DNA of 63,885 bases, counting the filler, from Conidiobolus incongruus B7586 (taxonomy: Eukaryota): NCBI GenBank assembly GCA_000697335.1. It is 5 parts of 5 records of this genome, joined end to end, with 100 filler letters (N's around TTAATTAATTAA, not from the genome) between each part and the next. Parts side by side here need not be neighbours in the genome. Positions count along the whole stretch, not along the records: positions 1 to 14,008 come from JNEM01006216.1; 4 more parts are not named here. One strand, given 5' to 3'. This document shows, piece after piece, positions 1 through 11,525 of this stretch (position 1 is its first letter; the number at the start of each line of letters is the position of its first letter). The position numbers were made by a program, and so were the translations under genes. Below the pieces are notes generated by a model. It did not search any database. It worked only from the letters and a program-made list of their open reading frames with translations, and had not been told where the DNA came from.

Positions 1-2072
1 TATTTATTTTTACTTTGTATATATTAAAATGTTTATTTTTTTTCAATCGCAAAAAATTCCCATTATTTAAATTACAAAGTAATATTAATTGTATATATTT
101 TATTTTTTATTGAGTATATATTTTTTAAAATTAATAATATAACTAAAAAAGCAAAAATTAAAAAACTTCTTATTTTTTGAATTCTGAGCTAATTTGTTAT
201 TATCTTTTGGATTTAATATTCAACATATAATAAATAAATATTCATAGACATTTGAAATAAAATATTAACTCAATATTAAAATTTTCACATTACAGGTTTA
301 AACAAAGCTTATCAAAGGCAATAAGATATTCTTTGGAATAAGGCAACTATTTTGGGTTATTATGAAATAATTAAAGTATATGAAATATAGGAATATATAA
401 AGCTTGAATTAAAAAAATTCCGAATGTCCTTAATATTATGGGAGGATGTTATAAGATGCCAATACAATAAGAAATATATTCCTTTGCTAGCTAATATTCA
501 ATCAAGTCAATCTTCCAGGATCGGTGCCAGAGCTTACCCCCGGGATCTTTGGACTCCATACAAGGCTTGGATAAGGGTTATCAAATTTAATCAATTTTGG
601 ATTAATTGTAAGCGCTACAAAAATTGAAAAGATTAATTGATATTTGGTTCGAATATTAGTCCTTTTGATGGTAACTGTATTAATAGTATTAGAATATTTT
701 ATATAATGTATATATATATTCGATATAAAATTGTTTCGGTTTTAAAATGAAATTTCAAATTTACCATGATATTGAAAAATTAATTTGAAATTTTTAATCA
801 ATTTTTTCCATATTATAAAATCATTTTATAAGATTGGATATGGATGAAATTATTTAAACTTAGTTTAAATAAATTTTGATAAAAAATATACCAAAGCCGA
901 GGCCCTAAATAAAGGGTAGGTAGGGTGTCTTCGTTCCTGAATTAATTTTAAGGTTATTTCCAATAAACTTTAATCTTGACAGAAAATACTTTAATATTAT
1001 GAGACAAAATATATTTTAATATTCATTTACAATTGAGCAACGTATCAAATTTGAATTAATTTATAAATCAAATAATTAATTACACCAATTTGTTGTAACA
1101 AATAAATAGCAGATAATTTATATATTTTCCATATTTTATTTTTTGTCTGTTATCATTATAATTAATTTAAATATATCAAAAATATAATAATATGCTCATA
1201 TTTTAGTCAAAGTAAATCAAAATATTTTTTTCAATACAAATTATAATCATTCACTATTTTTTCTCAAATATATTTTAGCAACTTATATAATTCACTTGAT
1301 TAATTGAATAATTGATTAATTGATTAATTAATAGTATTAATAATAAATAAATAATATTGATTGCATTGTCACCGAGTGTGATTATATTTGCAGTTTATCT
1401 AAAGGAAAGTTATTTTCTGTCTCTACAGTAAGTAGCTCAAAGTAATGATAAGACCGTTTAATCATTTCTCAAGGGCATATGGTTACATCTTTCTTAATCA
1501 ATCTAAATCCGATTTATATGATGGGAAAATATATTCTTCTAATTTAGAAATCATGTAAATGTATGTAACCTCAGTTTGATAATGCCCTGAACTTGTCAAA
1601 ACACTTGGATTATATTCAAGATGTTTTATATATTAAAAATTGATCTATAGTATCTGTAAATAATTTTAAAATTTTAATTCTAGGAAATTAAACTGGTGAG
1701 ATATATTATAATTTAGCCAAACTTTGGATGATCCAGACCTCTTATTATTACGAGTGGATTATTATATCCGTTAAGTCTCATAGTTAACTATTAAAATGTA
1801 CATGGTCATTGATCAAAAATAGTAATTAGTGTATCATTACTTCTCAAAGTAAAATATCTAAAAACATTATCTCTGAAATCTCTTTCAAATCCATTCCTAA
1901 AAAATTACCTAAAAAGTAGATTTTGATCAATTATGACTCATTTTTTTGAATCCACAATTCGCAAAAAGGGTATTAAAGTATTGATCCCATGGTCTTGATA
2001 TTTAAATCAAAATAATATTTAAATAATAGTTCTCCCTTTCAAGATCTATAATATTAATAAATCGATTAAAAT

Positions 2073-3614
2073 ATGAGATATCATTCTACTCGCACCTACG
2101 AGCCATCTAACTTATTAAATTTTGAAGACACCGTGTTAACTGGTTTAGCCCCTGATGGTGGTCTCTACATTCCTGAACAGATCCCTCAAATCAACAGCGA
2201 AACTTTAAAGAGCTGGGAATCTCTATCCTTCCAAGAGCTTTGTAAGAAGTTATTTAGAAAGTTCATTGACCCTTCAGAAATCAGTGATGAAGAATTATCT
2301 CAATTAGTCGATAAAAGTTTTAGTACTTTCAGCCATCCAGATATTGTCCCAACCGTGAAGTTAGCTGATACTCAAGATAGCAAATCACTTCATTGTTTAG
2401 AGTTATTCCATGGTCCAACTTACGCATTCAAGGATGTAGCTCTCCAATTTTTAGGTAATTTATTTGAATTTTTCTTGATTAGAAAAAATCAAAAGAGTGA
2501 GAATAAGGAATACAAAGTCACTGTAGTTGGTGCTACAAGTGGTGATACCGGTGGTGCTGCTATTTACGGTCTCCGTGGTAAGCAAAACGTACAAGTTTTT
2601 ATGCTACATCCTGAAGGTAGAGTGAGCAAATTGCAAGAAGCCCAAATGACCCAAGTGATGGATGACAACGTTCACAACATTAGTATTGAAGGTGCCTTTG
2701 ATGATTGTCAAAATTTAGTTAAACAAGCCTTTGGAGATGCTCAATTCAAGAAAGACTACCAATTGGGTGCCGTTAACTCCATTAACTGGGCCAGAATTCT
2801 CGCTCAAATTAGCTACTACTTTTATTCCTACTTCCAGCTCAGAAAGCAAGGTGTTCAAGATCACATCATTTTCTCAGTACCCACTGGAAACTTTGGTGAC
2901 ATCTTGGCAGGTTACTACGCTAAACGTATGGGCTTAAATATTGAAAAACTTATCGTTGCCACCAACGAAAATGACATTCTTTACAAATTTTTTACTCAAG
3001 GTAGTTACAAGAGAGATTCATCTGGTGTTGCCAAGGCTACTCACAGTCCCGCTATGGACATCTTGGTCAGCAGTAATTTTGAAAGATTTTTATGGTATTT
3101 AGCCTATACTCAAACCCAACAGCCTGATGCTGCTTGTAAGCAAGTAAACACTTGGATGGAACAATTCAGAAGCACTTATGAATTTTCTATCGATGCTCAA
3201 CTTTTGGAAACTGCTCGTACATGGTTTGACTCCTATCGTGTTGACGACAATACCATTATCTCCACTATTCAAAAATACTATAATGAAGTCAAACCTAGAT
3301 ATTTATTAGATCCTCATACTGCCGTTGGTGTCAAAGCTGCAGAACTTTATCCTTCTGGCCAACCTACACACTTTATTTGTGTCGGAACCGCCCATCCCGC
3401 CAAATTCAGTGAGGCTTTGATATTAGCCCTTTCACCTGAGCAACAAGCTCAAGGGAATCCATTATTCGACTTCGATACTAAGATGGGCTCAGATTACTTA
3501 CCTCAACCTTTCAGAAATTGGATGAACCCTGATCTTCCTAGAAAGAAGCACAAATTGGAAAGCCCAGATGTTGAAAGTTTGAAATCTTTGATCAAGAAGG
3601 TTGTCCAAATTTAG
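2073..3614 (+). CDS. THR4: Threonine synthase (PLP-dependent), intronless
   Basis: 513-aa ORF with GLAPDGGLY, LELFHGPTYAFKDVALQ (PLP lysine), GATSGDTG, NSINWARI, SVPTGNFGDILAGYYA and DPHTAV motifs typical of fungal threonine synthase. Confidence 0.97.
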   Translation: MRYHSTRTYEPSNLLNFEDTVLTGLAPDGGLYIPEQIPQINSETLKSWESLSFQELCKKLFRKFIDPSEISDEELSQLVDKSFSTFSHPDIVPTVKLADTQDSKSLHCLELFHGPTYAFKDVALQFLGNLFEFFLIRKNQKSENKEYKVTVVGATSGDTGGAAIYGLRGKQNVQVFMLHPEGRVSKLQEAQMTQVMDDNVHNISIEGAFDDCQNLVKQAFGDAQFKKDYQLGAVNSINWARILAQISYYFYSYFQLRKQGVQDHIIFSVPTGNFGDILAGYYAKRMGLNIEKLIVATNENDILYKFFTQGSYKRDSSGVAKATHSPAMDILVSSNFERFLWYLAYTQTQQPDAACKQVNTWMEQFRSTYEFSIDAQLLETARTWFDSYRVDDNTIISTIQKYYNEVKPRYLLDPHTAVGVKAAELYPSGQPTHFICVGTAHPAKFSEALILALSPEQQAQGNPLFDFDTKMGSDYLPQPFRNWMNPDLPRKKHKLESPDVESLKSLIKKVVQI

Positions 3615-4590
3615 GTCATGCTAGGTTGATTTAGATATTTTTACAACTTAATATTACATATAAATTCATCATTATAATCATTGTGATGATTTAATCAATA
3701 TGTATTTTATATATTGTAATTTAATTTTTTTGCAAAATTTTTATATAAAATAATAATTGCCTTATATATATCCCTTAATACTGATCAATTTAGACTTTTC
3801 GTTTTTTATCCTTATATTAAAATATTTATTTTTCATTGGATTTTACTATGTATTGAATTTTTTTTTCAATTCTAAGGTACTAAATAAAATTTGCGACTTC
3901 ATTATTTACCACTTTTACATTCTTTATGTATCTACTTTAATATTCAATTATTCATCAATTTTAAATATTAAGCATATATAATGAGATATTGTAAATCAAC
4001 ATCTTAAAGTATCAGATAATATTATCTTTATTTTTGAATATAAATATCATTTTTACAAATATTAAATGAAATATTATAAAAACGGATAATTTTCCTTAAG
4101 TTTTGTAGCTCATTGGAAGTAATGAAATGTATTACATAAATACTATTGAAAAAAGGATCAAATATAATTTCTTAAAACCAGATTATATTACGATATTGCC
4201 ACATTAATTACCCATTTTGAATAAATATAGTCCTATCCGTGTAAATGATTATTAATAGTCATAAAAATATCAAGAATGAGTAAAATTTTTAAGGTTAAAA
4301 TATATAATTTGGAGAAATAGGATCACTAATTCAAAACGGAATGTGACTTGCAAGTGAAAACTCTGCAAGCGACTACTTCGGATCCTACCAACTTGATTTG
4401 GGCATTAGCGAAGTTTTGTTAATAATCAATATATAACTGTGACTCTGATCAAAATTCACATAATCCCAAAATTTTATTAGTAATCAATATTAAGATTTAA
4501 ATTCCCTTAATCAATTTTGAATTTTAATTTTGTAATCAAAATTACTTCCATCAAACTCAATTCATTAATTTTTTGAAACTTTAAATTAAA

Positions 4591-5434
4591 ATGTATAAGA
4601 ATATTATTACTCAAACTCTTAAGAAAACTACGAAGCCAAGAATTAATAATTTTTCTTCATTATATTTGAAATCTCAATCTAATTTTCATTCCCAAACTAA
4701 ATTAAATTTAAATGATGATTCAAATCAAGCTAAATTAAATGAAGAACTCAGTACTCAAGCATTTCCTCCATCTTCTGAATTTAATCCAACTCCTCAAGAT
4801 CTCTTTACTGGCGTATCCTCGCAACCATTTCCCCCCGAAGTATCTCAAGTATTATTAGCTAAAGTTGAGGAGAGTGATATCGAAATTAAACCAGGTAAAA
4901 TTTTCACAAATTTATTTAATTTTCAATATTTTAATATTAATTTTGTTATCAATTTTAGATGGTTTAATTTATTTGCCAGAAATTAAATTTAGAAGAATTT
5001 TAAATAGAGCTTTTGGACCTGGAGGTAAAAACTTAGCAATCAAATTTTTAGTTTCATGAGTTTAACTCGATTTAGGCTGGGGTCTTGTGCCAAGGGGCGA
5101 ACCAACTGTCACACCAACTAATATTTCACGTGAGTATGCCTTGTTTTGCTTAGGTCGTTTCGTAAGTCAAGCCCGTGGTGAACAAGCTTATTTTGACAAG
5201 AACGAGCTTAGTGTCGCCTTAGAAGGAGCCCGATCTAACGCTCTTACTCGATGCTGTAAAGATCTTGGGATCGCTTCTGAGCTTTGGGACCCTTCATTTG
5301 TGAGATCCTTCAAACTCAAGAACTGTGAAGCAGTCTGGGTTGAACACCAAGTTACCAAAAAGAAGAAGCTTATTTGGAGGTTGAAGGGAAATCCAGTAGA
5401 TTATCCTTTTAGGTTAGCAACTCAAACGTTTTAA
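4591..5434 (+). CDS. MGM101: Mitochondrial genome maintenance protein Mgm101 (Rad52-like), 3 exons: 4591-4894, 4959-5024, 5076-5434
   Basis: Removing GT-AG introns 4895-4958 and 5025-5075 gives [36 protein letters not shown]...[20 protein letters not shown], the Mgm101 core. The basic, Ser/Thr-rich N-terminus resembles a mitochondrial presequence. Confidence 0.95.
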
Positions 5435-5714
5435 ACTATTTTTTGGATATAACACCTCTTTTCAACTTTATTCCATGAATATGATACAAATATAATTTAT
5501 ATATTTAAATTGTGCTGCATTAGAGTGATTTTAAAAGTTTTCAACCATCTATTAAATAATTATGACTCATACTAGCTCAATCATATTTATTGAAGAAGAG
5601 TCATCTAAGCTTAAATAAATATCAATTGATAATCATCTAGCATATGCATATTTAAATATGGTTTATTTCTCAAATTCAATTAAAGAATGAGTTATAACTA
5701 AATATTGATATCAA

Positions 5715-6720
5715 ATGAGATTTCCTGATAGCTTGTTATTTAATGCTTGTAAATTTGGTGATCTTTCTCTTATAAAATGGTAGAATATTCATTATACTAA
5801 TATTACAGTAATATTAACACTTATGTTTTTATCAGTCTAACATTGCATTTTGGTATTTCAGTTAATCAAACGGATAATCTTGGCTAATTTCCAATGTATT
5901 ATGCTCGTAAATCTGGTGGTCATCAACTGGTTAAATTTTTTATTTCAATAGATAGGAAAACTATGAATCTTATTTACATTGTATGTATATGATATTAATG
6001 ATTAGGAGCAGTAAATATCGGAACGAATGGGATAATAGTGTCATGTAGCTTCAAATCACAAAACTAAAGCTTTATTAGACAATTATCAAAAATATCATCA
6101 ATTTTTCCTTATCCATTCTTATTCAATTTCAAGGAATTTTATACCAACCTTAATGAAGAAAACTCTGATGATATCACCACATTTTTCATATTTAACTCTC
6201 CCACTCAGACCAAACCTCTCCCTGATATCAAAATTTATTCTTTCGTTTTAGAGGCAAGATGTTCCAAGTTTTATTTTGCTCTATGCAGAAATAAAAGTTC
6301 ATCAAAGTTTTTTCCTTCAACGACCTCCGACCATATCATTTTCTATTGATTATATAGTATATACTTAGTAACACTTCTTATCAGTCATTCGGCAATGATA
6401 CACTCATTAATCAAATGAACAGAGTATTTTTCAGTTATATGTATTGAAATATAAATTAAGAGCACTTAGCAAACAGTCTATCACTCTTAGAGTATCAGAT
6501 TCTTTGCTGGAGTTTAGAACAGATTATGCGAGGTATTATGAATTACCAATTAGAAACAAAATTTCTGATTTAAATAAATTATTATCCTATGCTTATGAAA
6601 CTGAGACTAAATATATCAATACGATTCTTAAGTGAGATCAACAATAAATGCACTCTTCAATTGCTTGTTTGCTGAAAGAGCAAAATTATTTGATTCCATG
6701 TTATCAATTTAAACTCAAAT
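5715..6720 (+). pseudogene. Degraded ankyrin-repeat/BTB-domain (Btb3-like) gene
   Basis: Manual translation gives MRFPDSLLFNACKFGDLSLIK, an intron, then LHFGISVNQTDNLG*FPMYYARKSGGHQLVKFFI (ankyrin-like, in-frame TAA at 5885-5887). Later BTB-like fragments are IKIYSFVLEARCSKF and CLFAERAKLFDSML. There is no continuous frame, and boundaries are approximate. Confidence 0.55.
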
Positions 6721-7059
6721 TGTAATCACACTATTTTCAGCAATTTTTAAATAATTTTTACGAGAAAAGAGCTGGTAGTCAATGCAATCTCAATAAGTTC
6801 CTATTGCTCATCTTCATTATGGAACAACCCTATTAAAGTCTTGTTAGGAATTAATGAATATTGCTATACATTCAATTGTAAGTTAAAAATGAACAATTGA
6901 AAAAAACTTAAATTAGTGTGATTATTTTTAAGTACCAATTGAAGAAATTGATTGGTGATAAATTACAAGTACCATTCAACTATGCTCTATAAATTAACTA
7001 TTGGCTTAATATATGATATGATTTGGTAATTGTAGATAATGAGGATTTATTGCTTGAAC

Positions 7060-8154
7060 TTATATAATAATATAATTAGGGTCTTCAAATGGATTTAATG
7101 GTGTACCGCTTTGATTTTTCTTCCTTTTGGATCTAGATCTGTGAATATAAATGATATTGTAGATGGTACAAATTAACTCCATTGCAATCCAAAAGCAGCT
7201 TAAGCTTACGAAGGTGATCATCATAACCCAATTTGCGCGATTAATATCAGTAAATAGATCCAAGTTCAGACTTTCACCAATCGCTCTAACAGCATTTATC
7301 ATATCAATCACTCGATCTAAAGCCATTTCAATATCAACTCCCAAATTCCATTCGCAGAACACTAGATTTAAGCGGATTATATAAGACTTCCATTGGTTTA
7401 ATATCAACAAACAGTAATCAATATTAGCACTTATTAGACCCAATAACCAACTCACTACATTATCTTTCAACCATTTCAAGCAATAGTAAAATAAAATATT
7501 GCTCATAATAGCGATCAAAGTTATTAAAATAGTGTATTTGGGTAGTCTTAAATGAAGAAAATATAATTTAAGTAATCGTTTATGATTAGGATTAGGATTA
7601 GGATTATGATTAAAATTTAATTCAATTAGATTTAAAATTATACTTAATAATAATAAGCTTAAAATAACATAATTGATAATATTTAAAACATGAATAAACC
7701 TAGTTATCAAGTCATGAATCTGCTCATATTGGAATAACTTCTTGCATTGAATTTTTTCAATGTTCAATTTTAAATCGCTAGATTCAATTTTATCTCTAAT
7801 CATTTTAAAGCTATCTTTGATAACTTGAGTCAAAGTAGCTTTAAAATTATTTGTAATATCTGACAAGATTCCCCATTCCCAACGAATATCCAATAAATCT
7901 AAAATACAGTCAAGAAAATCAAATAATTTTAACCAATTTAATAACTTGACTTCAAGATAATTCAAAATTGGTATTAAGTCTAAATATATAGATGACAAAT
8001 TATCACAAAATATATTAATATTTTCAACCATTAAATAGAGTTTAGATTGAATCCAGCTAACTAGTAGATAAAAGTTAAAATAAATAATTCCTAATAGCAT
8101 TGGAATTTGAAAATTGTTTAATATATGGTCATATGGTTTCAATTTTAAGAACAT
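7060..8154 (-). CDS. Multi-pass membrane protein, PRM1-like (plasma-membrane fusion protein)
   Basis: From the first ATG (8154) the protein is ~364 aa with about 4 hydrophobic segments and long helical loops. The N-terminal KPY-TM-SWIQSKL...IFCDNLSSIY resembles the Prm1 N-terminus as recalled. There is a C-terminal NPF motif. The family call is tentative. Confidence 0.45.
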   Translation of the reverse strand: MFLKLKPYDHILNNFQIPMLLGIIYFNFYLLVSWIQSKLYLMVENINIFCDNLSSIYLDLIPILNYLEVKLLNWLKLFDFLDCILDLLDIRWEWGILSDITNNFKATLTQVIKDSFKMIRDKIESSDLKLNIEKIQCKKLFQYEQIHDLITRFIHVLNIINYVILSLLLLSIILNLIELNFNHNPNPNPNHKRLLKLYFLHLRLPKYTILITLIAIMSNILFYYCLKWLKDNVVSWLLGLISANIDYCLLILNQWKSYIIRLNLVFCEWNLGVDIEMALDRVIDMINAVRAIGESLNLDLFTDINRANWVMMITFVSLSCFWIAMELICTIYNIIYIHRSRSKRKKNQSGTPLNPFEDPNYIII

Positions 8155-8404
8155 GTTGAACAGTAAAAAATAGAATATTAATTTCTTTAAAGTTGAAAAG
8201 TTATTTCTATTTATATTGCTAAAAGATATCTTTGTTCTTTTTATTAATACAATGATAGGATTTTGAGGGTATGAAAGAATGCAAGCTATCAGGGTTGGCA
8301 AGTATTAAATAATCTCAAAGCGAGGAATCCCATAATTCTTTTCAATGCCAAACTCGATATTAAATTAATTTTTCAATTTATCAATTAATCACGATTATCT
8401 CAAA

Positions 8405-9379
8405 ATGAATAATACGCCAACAAATTATTATAAGTTATTTATCAGAGAAATTTTAACGAGTGAACCTTTATCCAATAATTTATTCAAATTAAGAAACTCT
8501 GATATATGTTTTAACAGAATTAAAAGCTTTGGTTGTTTAGTTAAAATTGATAAACTAGAGGATTGTATGGTAGTATTGTTGGGTAACAAATTAATTTAAT
8601 ACATACTGTATATAAATATACTAATTTGTCCTAATAGATGATTCTACTGGAACTATAACGCTAAGAATTGATAAAAGCATAACCTTTAAAAAGCCTTCAT
8701 TAACGCTAGGGGATCATATCAGTATTTTAGGTACACTAACCCAAATAAACACACTAAAACAGATTGAAGTGAAATCTTACTCACCTATTGCACATAACCA
8801 ATGTATTCTATGGGAATATATTCATACTATGAATGTTTACAAAAGCACATATTTCAAAAATACTCTACTTAAATCACATACACCACAAGCAATGCAAAGT
8901 ACACCGCCAAAATCTGCTTTCACGCAACCTGCCCAAAATAATAATGGTAGTTCAATCTTCGAAGAGAATTCATTTGACGAGTTTCTTGGCAATTTCAATA
9001 TTGAAGAGTACTTAGCAACTCAGCAGAATACTACACCAAAGTTGGTACAATCGTCACAGTCCAATTCTATTCCAAATAAGGACCAGAGTCCATTTTCTTC
9101 TTTGAATCCTACACAGGCAACGGATACTTCATCAAATAAGGATCAAGGATATTCTTCTACATTAACAAGGTTAGAATTGTTTTTAAAACAATACACTGAG
9201 GATGGTATATTATTAAGCCAAATTCAAGATCATTTCAAAGATGAACCAAGTATTGATAATTTAATTGATCAGGTAATAATATACTAATGCTTTCTAACAG
9301 TCATCTTTATTGATCAATTATCTAGTTGAAGAATTCGGGCAAATTGGATATTTTTTGTGGTAGAGTTTATCCTAATTAA
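8405..9379 (+). CDS. STN1: STN1/RPA2-type OB-fold protein (probable CST telomere-capping subunit Stn1), 3 exons: 8405-8582, 8638-9272, 9326-9379
   Basis: The spliced product has KLFIREIL, VVLLDDSTGTI, LGDHISILGTL and a helix after the OB fold (ILWEYIHTMNVYKSTYF), as in Stn1. A low-complexity linker leads to a winged-helix-like C-terminus (IDQLKNSGKLDIF). Introns are 8583-8637 and 9273-9325. Confidence 0.7.
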
Positions 9380-9512
9380 GGGTATTTCTTTTATGAGTTC
9401 ATTTAGCTTTTATAACATTATCAATATTTAATAATAAATATATATTATTTAATTAATTAATATATGATAATTAATCAAAATTTTTATTCAATTGAAAGCA
9501 GATAAAGATATT

Positions 9513-11525
9513 TCAATTACAATCGGAAGGTAAATCGTGGCCATTCTCACGAATGCCACCACCCCAAGGAGTGTTACCAACCAATTTAGCATTAAAACCT
9601 AAACCTCTCTTGGCAAAGCCCTTCCAGATCAGACACTTGTTCTTACCACCTGTGAGGACTTGGTCAGCAGTGAGAATGGCATCTCTAGCATCTAAGAAGG
9701 TTGGGCGACAGGGTTGTAACTTCATACCGTCAAGAAGCAATTGCAAGAAAAGGGTATTACCGTATTTAAGGTCATGACCTAACAAATCTTCAGAGAAGCC
9801 GTGTTTATCCACCAAGTTCCAGTAGACTTCATACAACATTTCGGCCCAAGTAGCACCAATGGCATGGACTCCAAAGTAACCGGGACCATTGAGTGTCTTG
9901 TAAGTTTCAGGGTTGGTACTGAAGCTAGTAGAGTACAAGTATTTACGAATAGGAACACCACCATTAGCATAGTCACCCATACCAAACTCTTGAGTGCGAT
10001 TGAAGTGTTTGCGTTGACGGAATAAGGTGGCAATGGCATCACCCCAACCTTCACCCATACCACCAGATTCGCCCCATCCCAAGCAATTAGAGTTTTGAGG
10101 ACCACCAGTCAAACGGATACTGAGGCCATGAGAATATTCGTGAGTGATAATACCACCTTCGAGATCACCATCGCGCCATGGGTCACTCTGGTCCCAGACA
10201 TACATTCTCATTCTGGGTCTGCGACCATCGGGAGGTGTAGCAAAATTAGCATTGTCAGTACCAGAGCCATCCTGAGCTTGAGCGATGACGGGATCGTTAC
10301 CCAAACCACCGCGCTTGAAGTTATTCTGTTGGAAGTTACCAGCCTTCTCGTCGAAACCGTAAACATAGTAAAGATCATGAAGAATGTTATTCCAGTAGAA
10401 GAGATTAACTACGGCTGCATCAATATAGTCCTTAGGAGCCTTTTTCAAGTCTAGAGGGTAGTTGAATTTCAAATCCTTACCTCCCTTGGTACGACGCCAA
10501 GCATCTTTCCAGCTAGCGTTGTCGTCGATGTTCTCAAGAGCATACACATTGTTACCAGCAGTGTCAGTGAAGCTGTCACCAGCGTCTCCTTGGTCGTGCC
10601 AGCCCAGAGGTGAAGCAATGGGGTGATGGGGATTGACCAACAGTTGTCTATCACCTTCGTTGGGATCGTTGATACCAAGAGGGAAGACGGTGTACTCAGC
10701 TTCCTGGACCCAGTCAACAAGAGAAAGGAGAGAGCTGTCCTTGTAGTCAGCCTTGACATGGGCAACGAACCAGTTGTCATCCAAAGGAACCTCAAGCTCC
10801 CAAACGGGGACTAAGTTACCCTGACCGTCTTGGATAAGAGCCTGCTTGACCTTGACTTCATCAGTGGCCTTGGGCACATTCTGAAGAGTATAGGTAGGAA
10901 GGCCAACGAAATGGTTCTCAGGAACAACAGTAATCTTATCCAATTCTGAGGAAGTCAAGCTAGTATTAATATGTTCGTAAAGGGAACCGAGAGCTTGGAT
11001 TGGAGTGGAAGTGAACTCAAACCTTGGAAAATTCACATGGGAGTCCTTATTAGATCTGACAACGGAAAAGAAGCTCACTTGACGAGTACTTTGAATCAAA
11101 GTGCCCAACCAGTTCTTCTTGCTCTCAGCCTTCTTAACAGGATAGAAAGAGTTACCGTGACTGATCAAATTACCGTGACGGTCAAAGTTCAAATTAATAT
11201 CACCGTTGATGACTTCCAAATCTCCAACCTTCTGTCTAAGATAGATATGGGTGACACCGTTATGTTCGGAAGTGTACTGGTCCTTTACCTCGTAGTCCTT
11301 TTCCAAAAGACCATACTTGGATTTGAGGAATTTCTTAGCTTCAGCTAAAGGATCGAAAGGACCTCGAAATTGTGATCTCATCACCGTGAAAGCATTCTCG
11401 TGCGAAGTTTCAAACGAAGCGTGACTCAAGTGAGGACCGAAGGTATTGGTCTTAATTCTTTTACCTTCGATAGGATTAAACAGAAGAGCGCTCGCTAATA
11501 AAGAATTTAATAATAAATCGAGCAT
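9513..11525 (-). CDS. Secreted fungalysin metalloprotease (peptidase M36) with signal peptide and FTP propeptide
   Basis: 670-aa intronless ORF with a signal peptide, NGVTHIYLRQ (FTP), YGFDEKAGNFQ, NANFATPPDG, the HEYSH zinc motif and GGMGEGWGD. Confidence 0.97.
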   Translation of the reverse strand: MLDLLLNSLLASALLFNPIEGKRIKTNTFGPHLSHASFETSHENAFTVMRSQFRGPFDPLAEAKKFLKSKYGLLEKDYEVKDQYTSEHNGVTHIYLRQKVGDLEVINGDINLNFDRHGNLISHGNSFYPVKKAESKKNWLGTLIQSTRQVSFFSVVRSNKDSHVNFPRFEFTSTPIQALGSLYEHINTSLTSSELDKITVVPENHFVGLPTYTLQNVPKATDEVKVKQALIQDGQGNLVPVWELEVPLDDNWFVAHVKADYKDSSLLSLVDWVQEAEYTVFPLGINDPNEGDRQLLVNPHHPIASPLGWHDQGDAGDSFTDTAGNNVYALENIDDNASWKDAWRRTKGGKDLKFNYPLDLKKAPKDYIDAAVVNLFYWNNILHDLYYVYGFDEKAGNFQQNNFKRGGLGNDPVIAQAQDGSGTDNANFATPPDGRRPRMRMYVWDQSDPWRDGDLEGGIITHEYSHGLSIRLTGGPQNSNCLGWGESGGMGEGWGDAIATLFRQRKHFNRTQEFGMGDYANGGVPIRKYLYSTSFSTNPETYKTLNGPGYFGVHAIGATWAEMLYEVYWNLVDKHGFSEDLLGHDLKYGNTLFLQLLLDGMKLQPCRPTFLDARDAILTADQVLTGGKNKCLIWKGFAKRGLGFNAKLVGNTPWGGGIRENGHDLPSDCN

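Noticed and set aside
424..627. 67-aa ORF in a small higher-GC patch
   Set aside because: No recognisable motif in any frame; possibly a remnant but unsupported.
9513..9515. Genome-wide TGA reassignment, suggested by TGA in PAAF1 and Trp-position TGAs in the amidohydrolase copy
   Set aside because: The M36 gene ends at its expected C-terminus with TGA, intact genes use TGG for Trp, and the amidohydrolase copy also has frameshifts and lost ligands.
9553..11348. Antisense and alternate-frame ORFs over the M36 gene (similarly over CaMK, RhoGAP, ERG24, amidohydrolase, POP)
   Set aside because: Shadow ORFs expected from codon bias in higher-GC coding regions, with no independent motifs.
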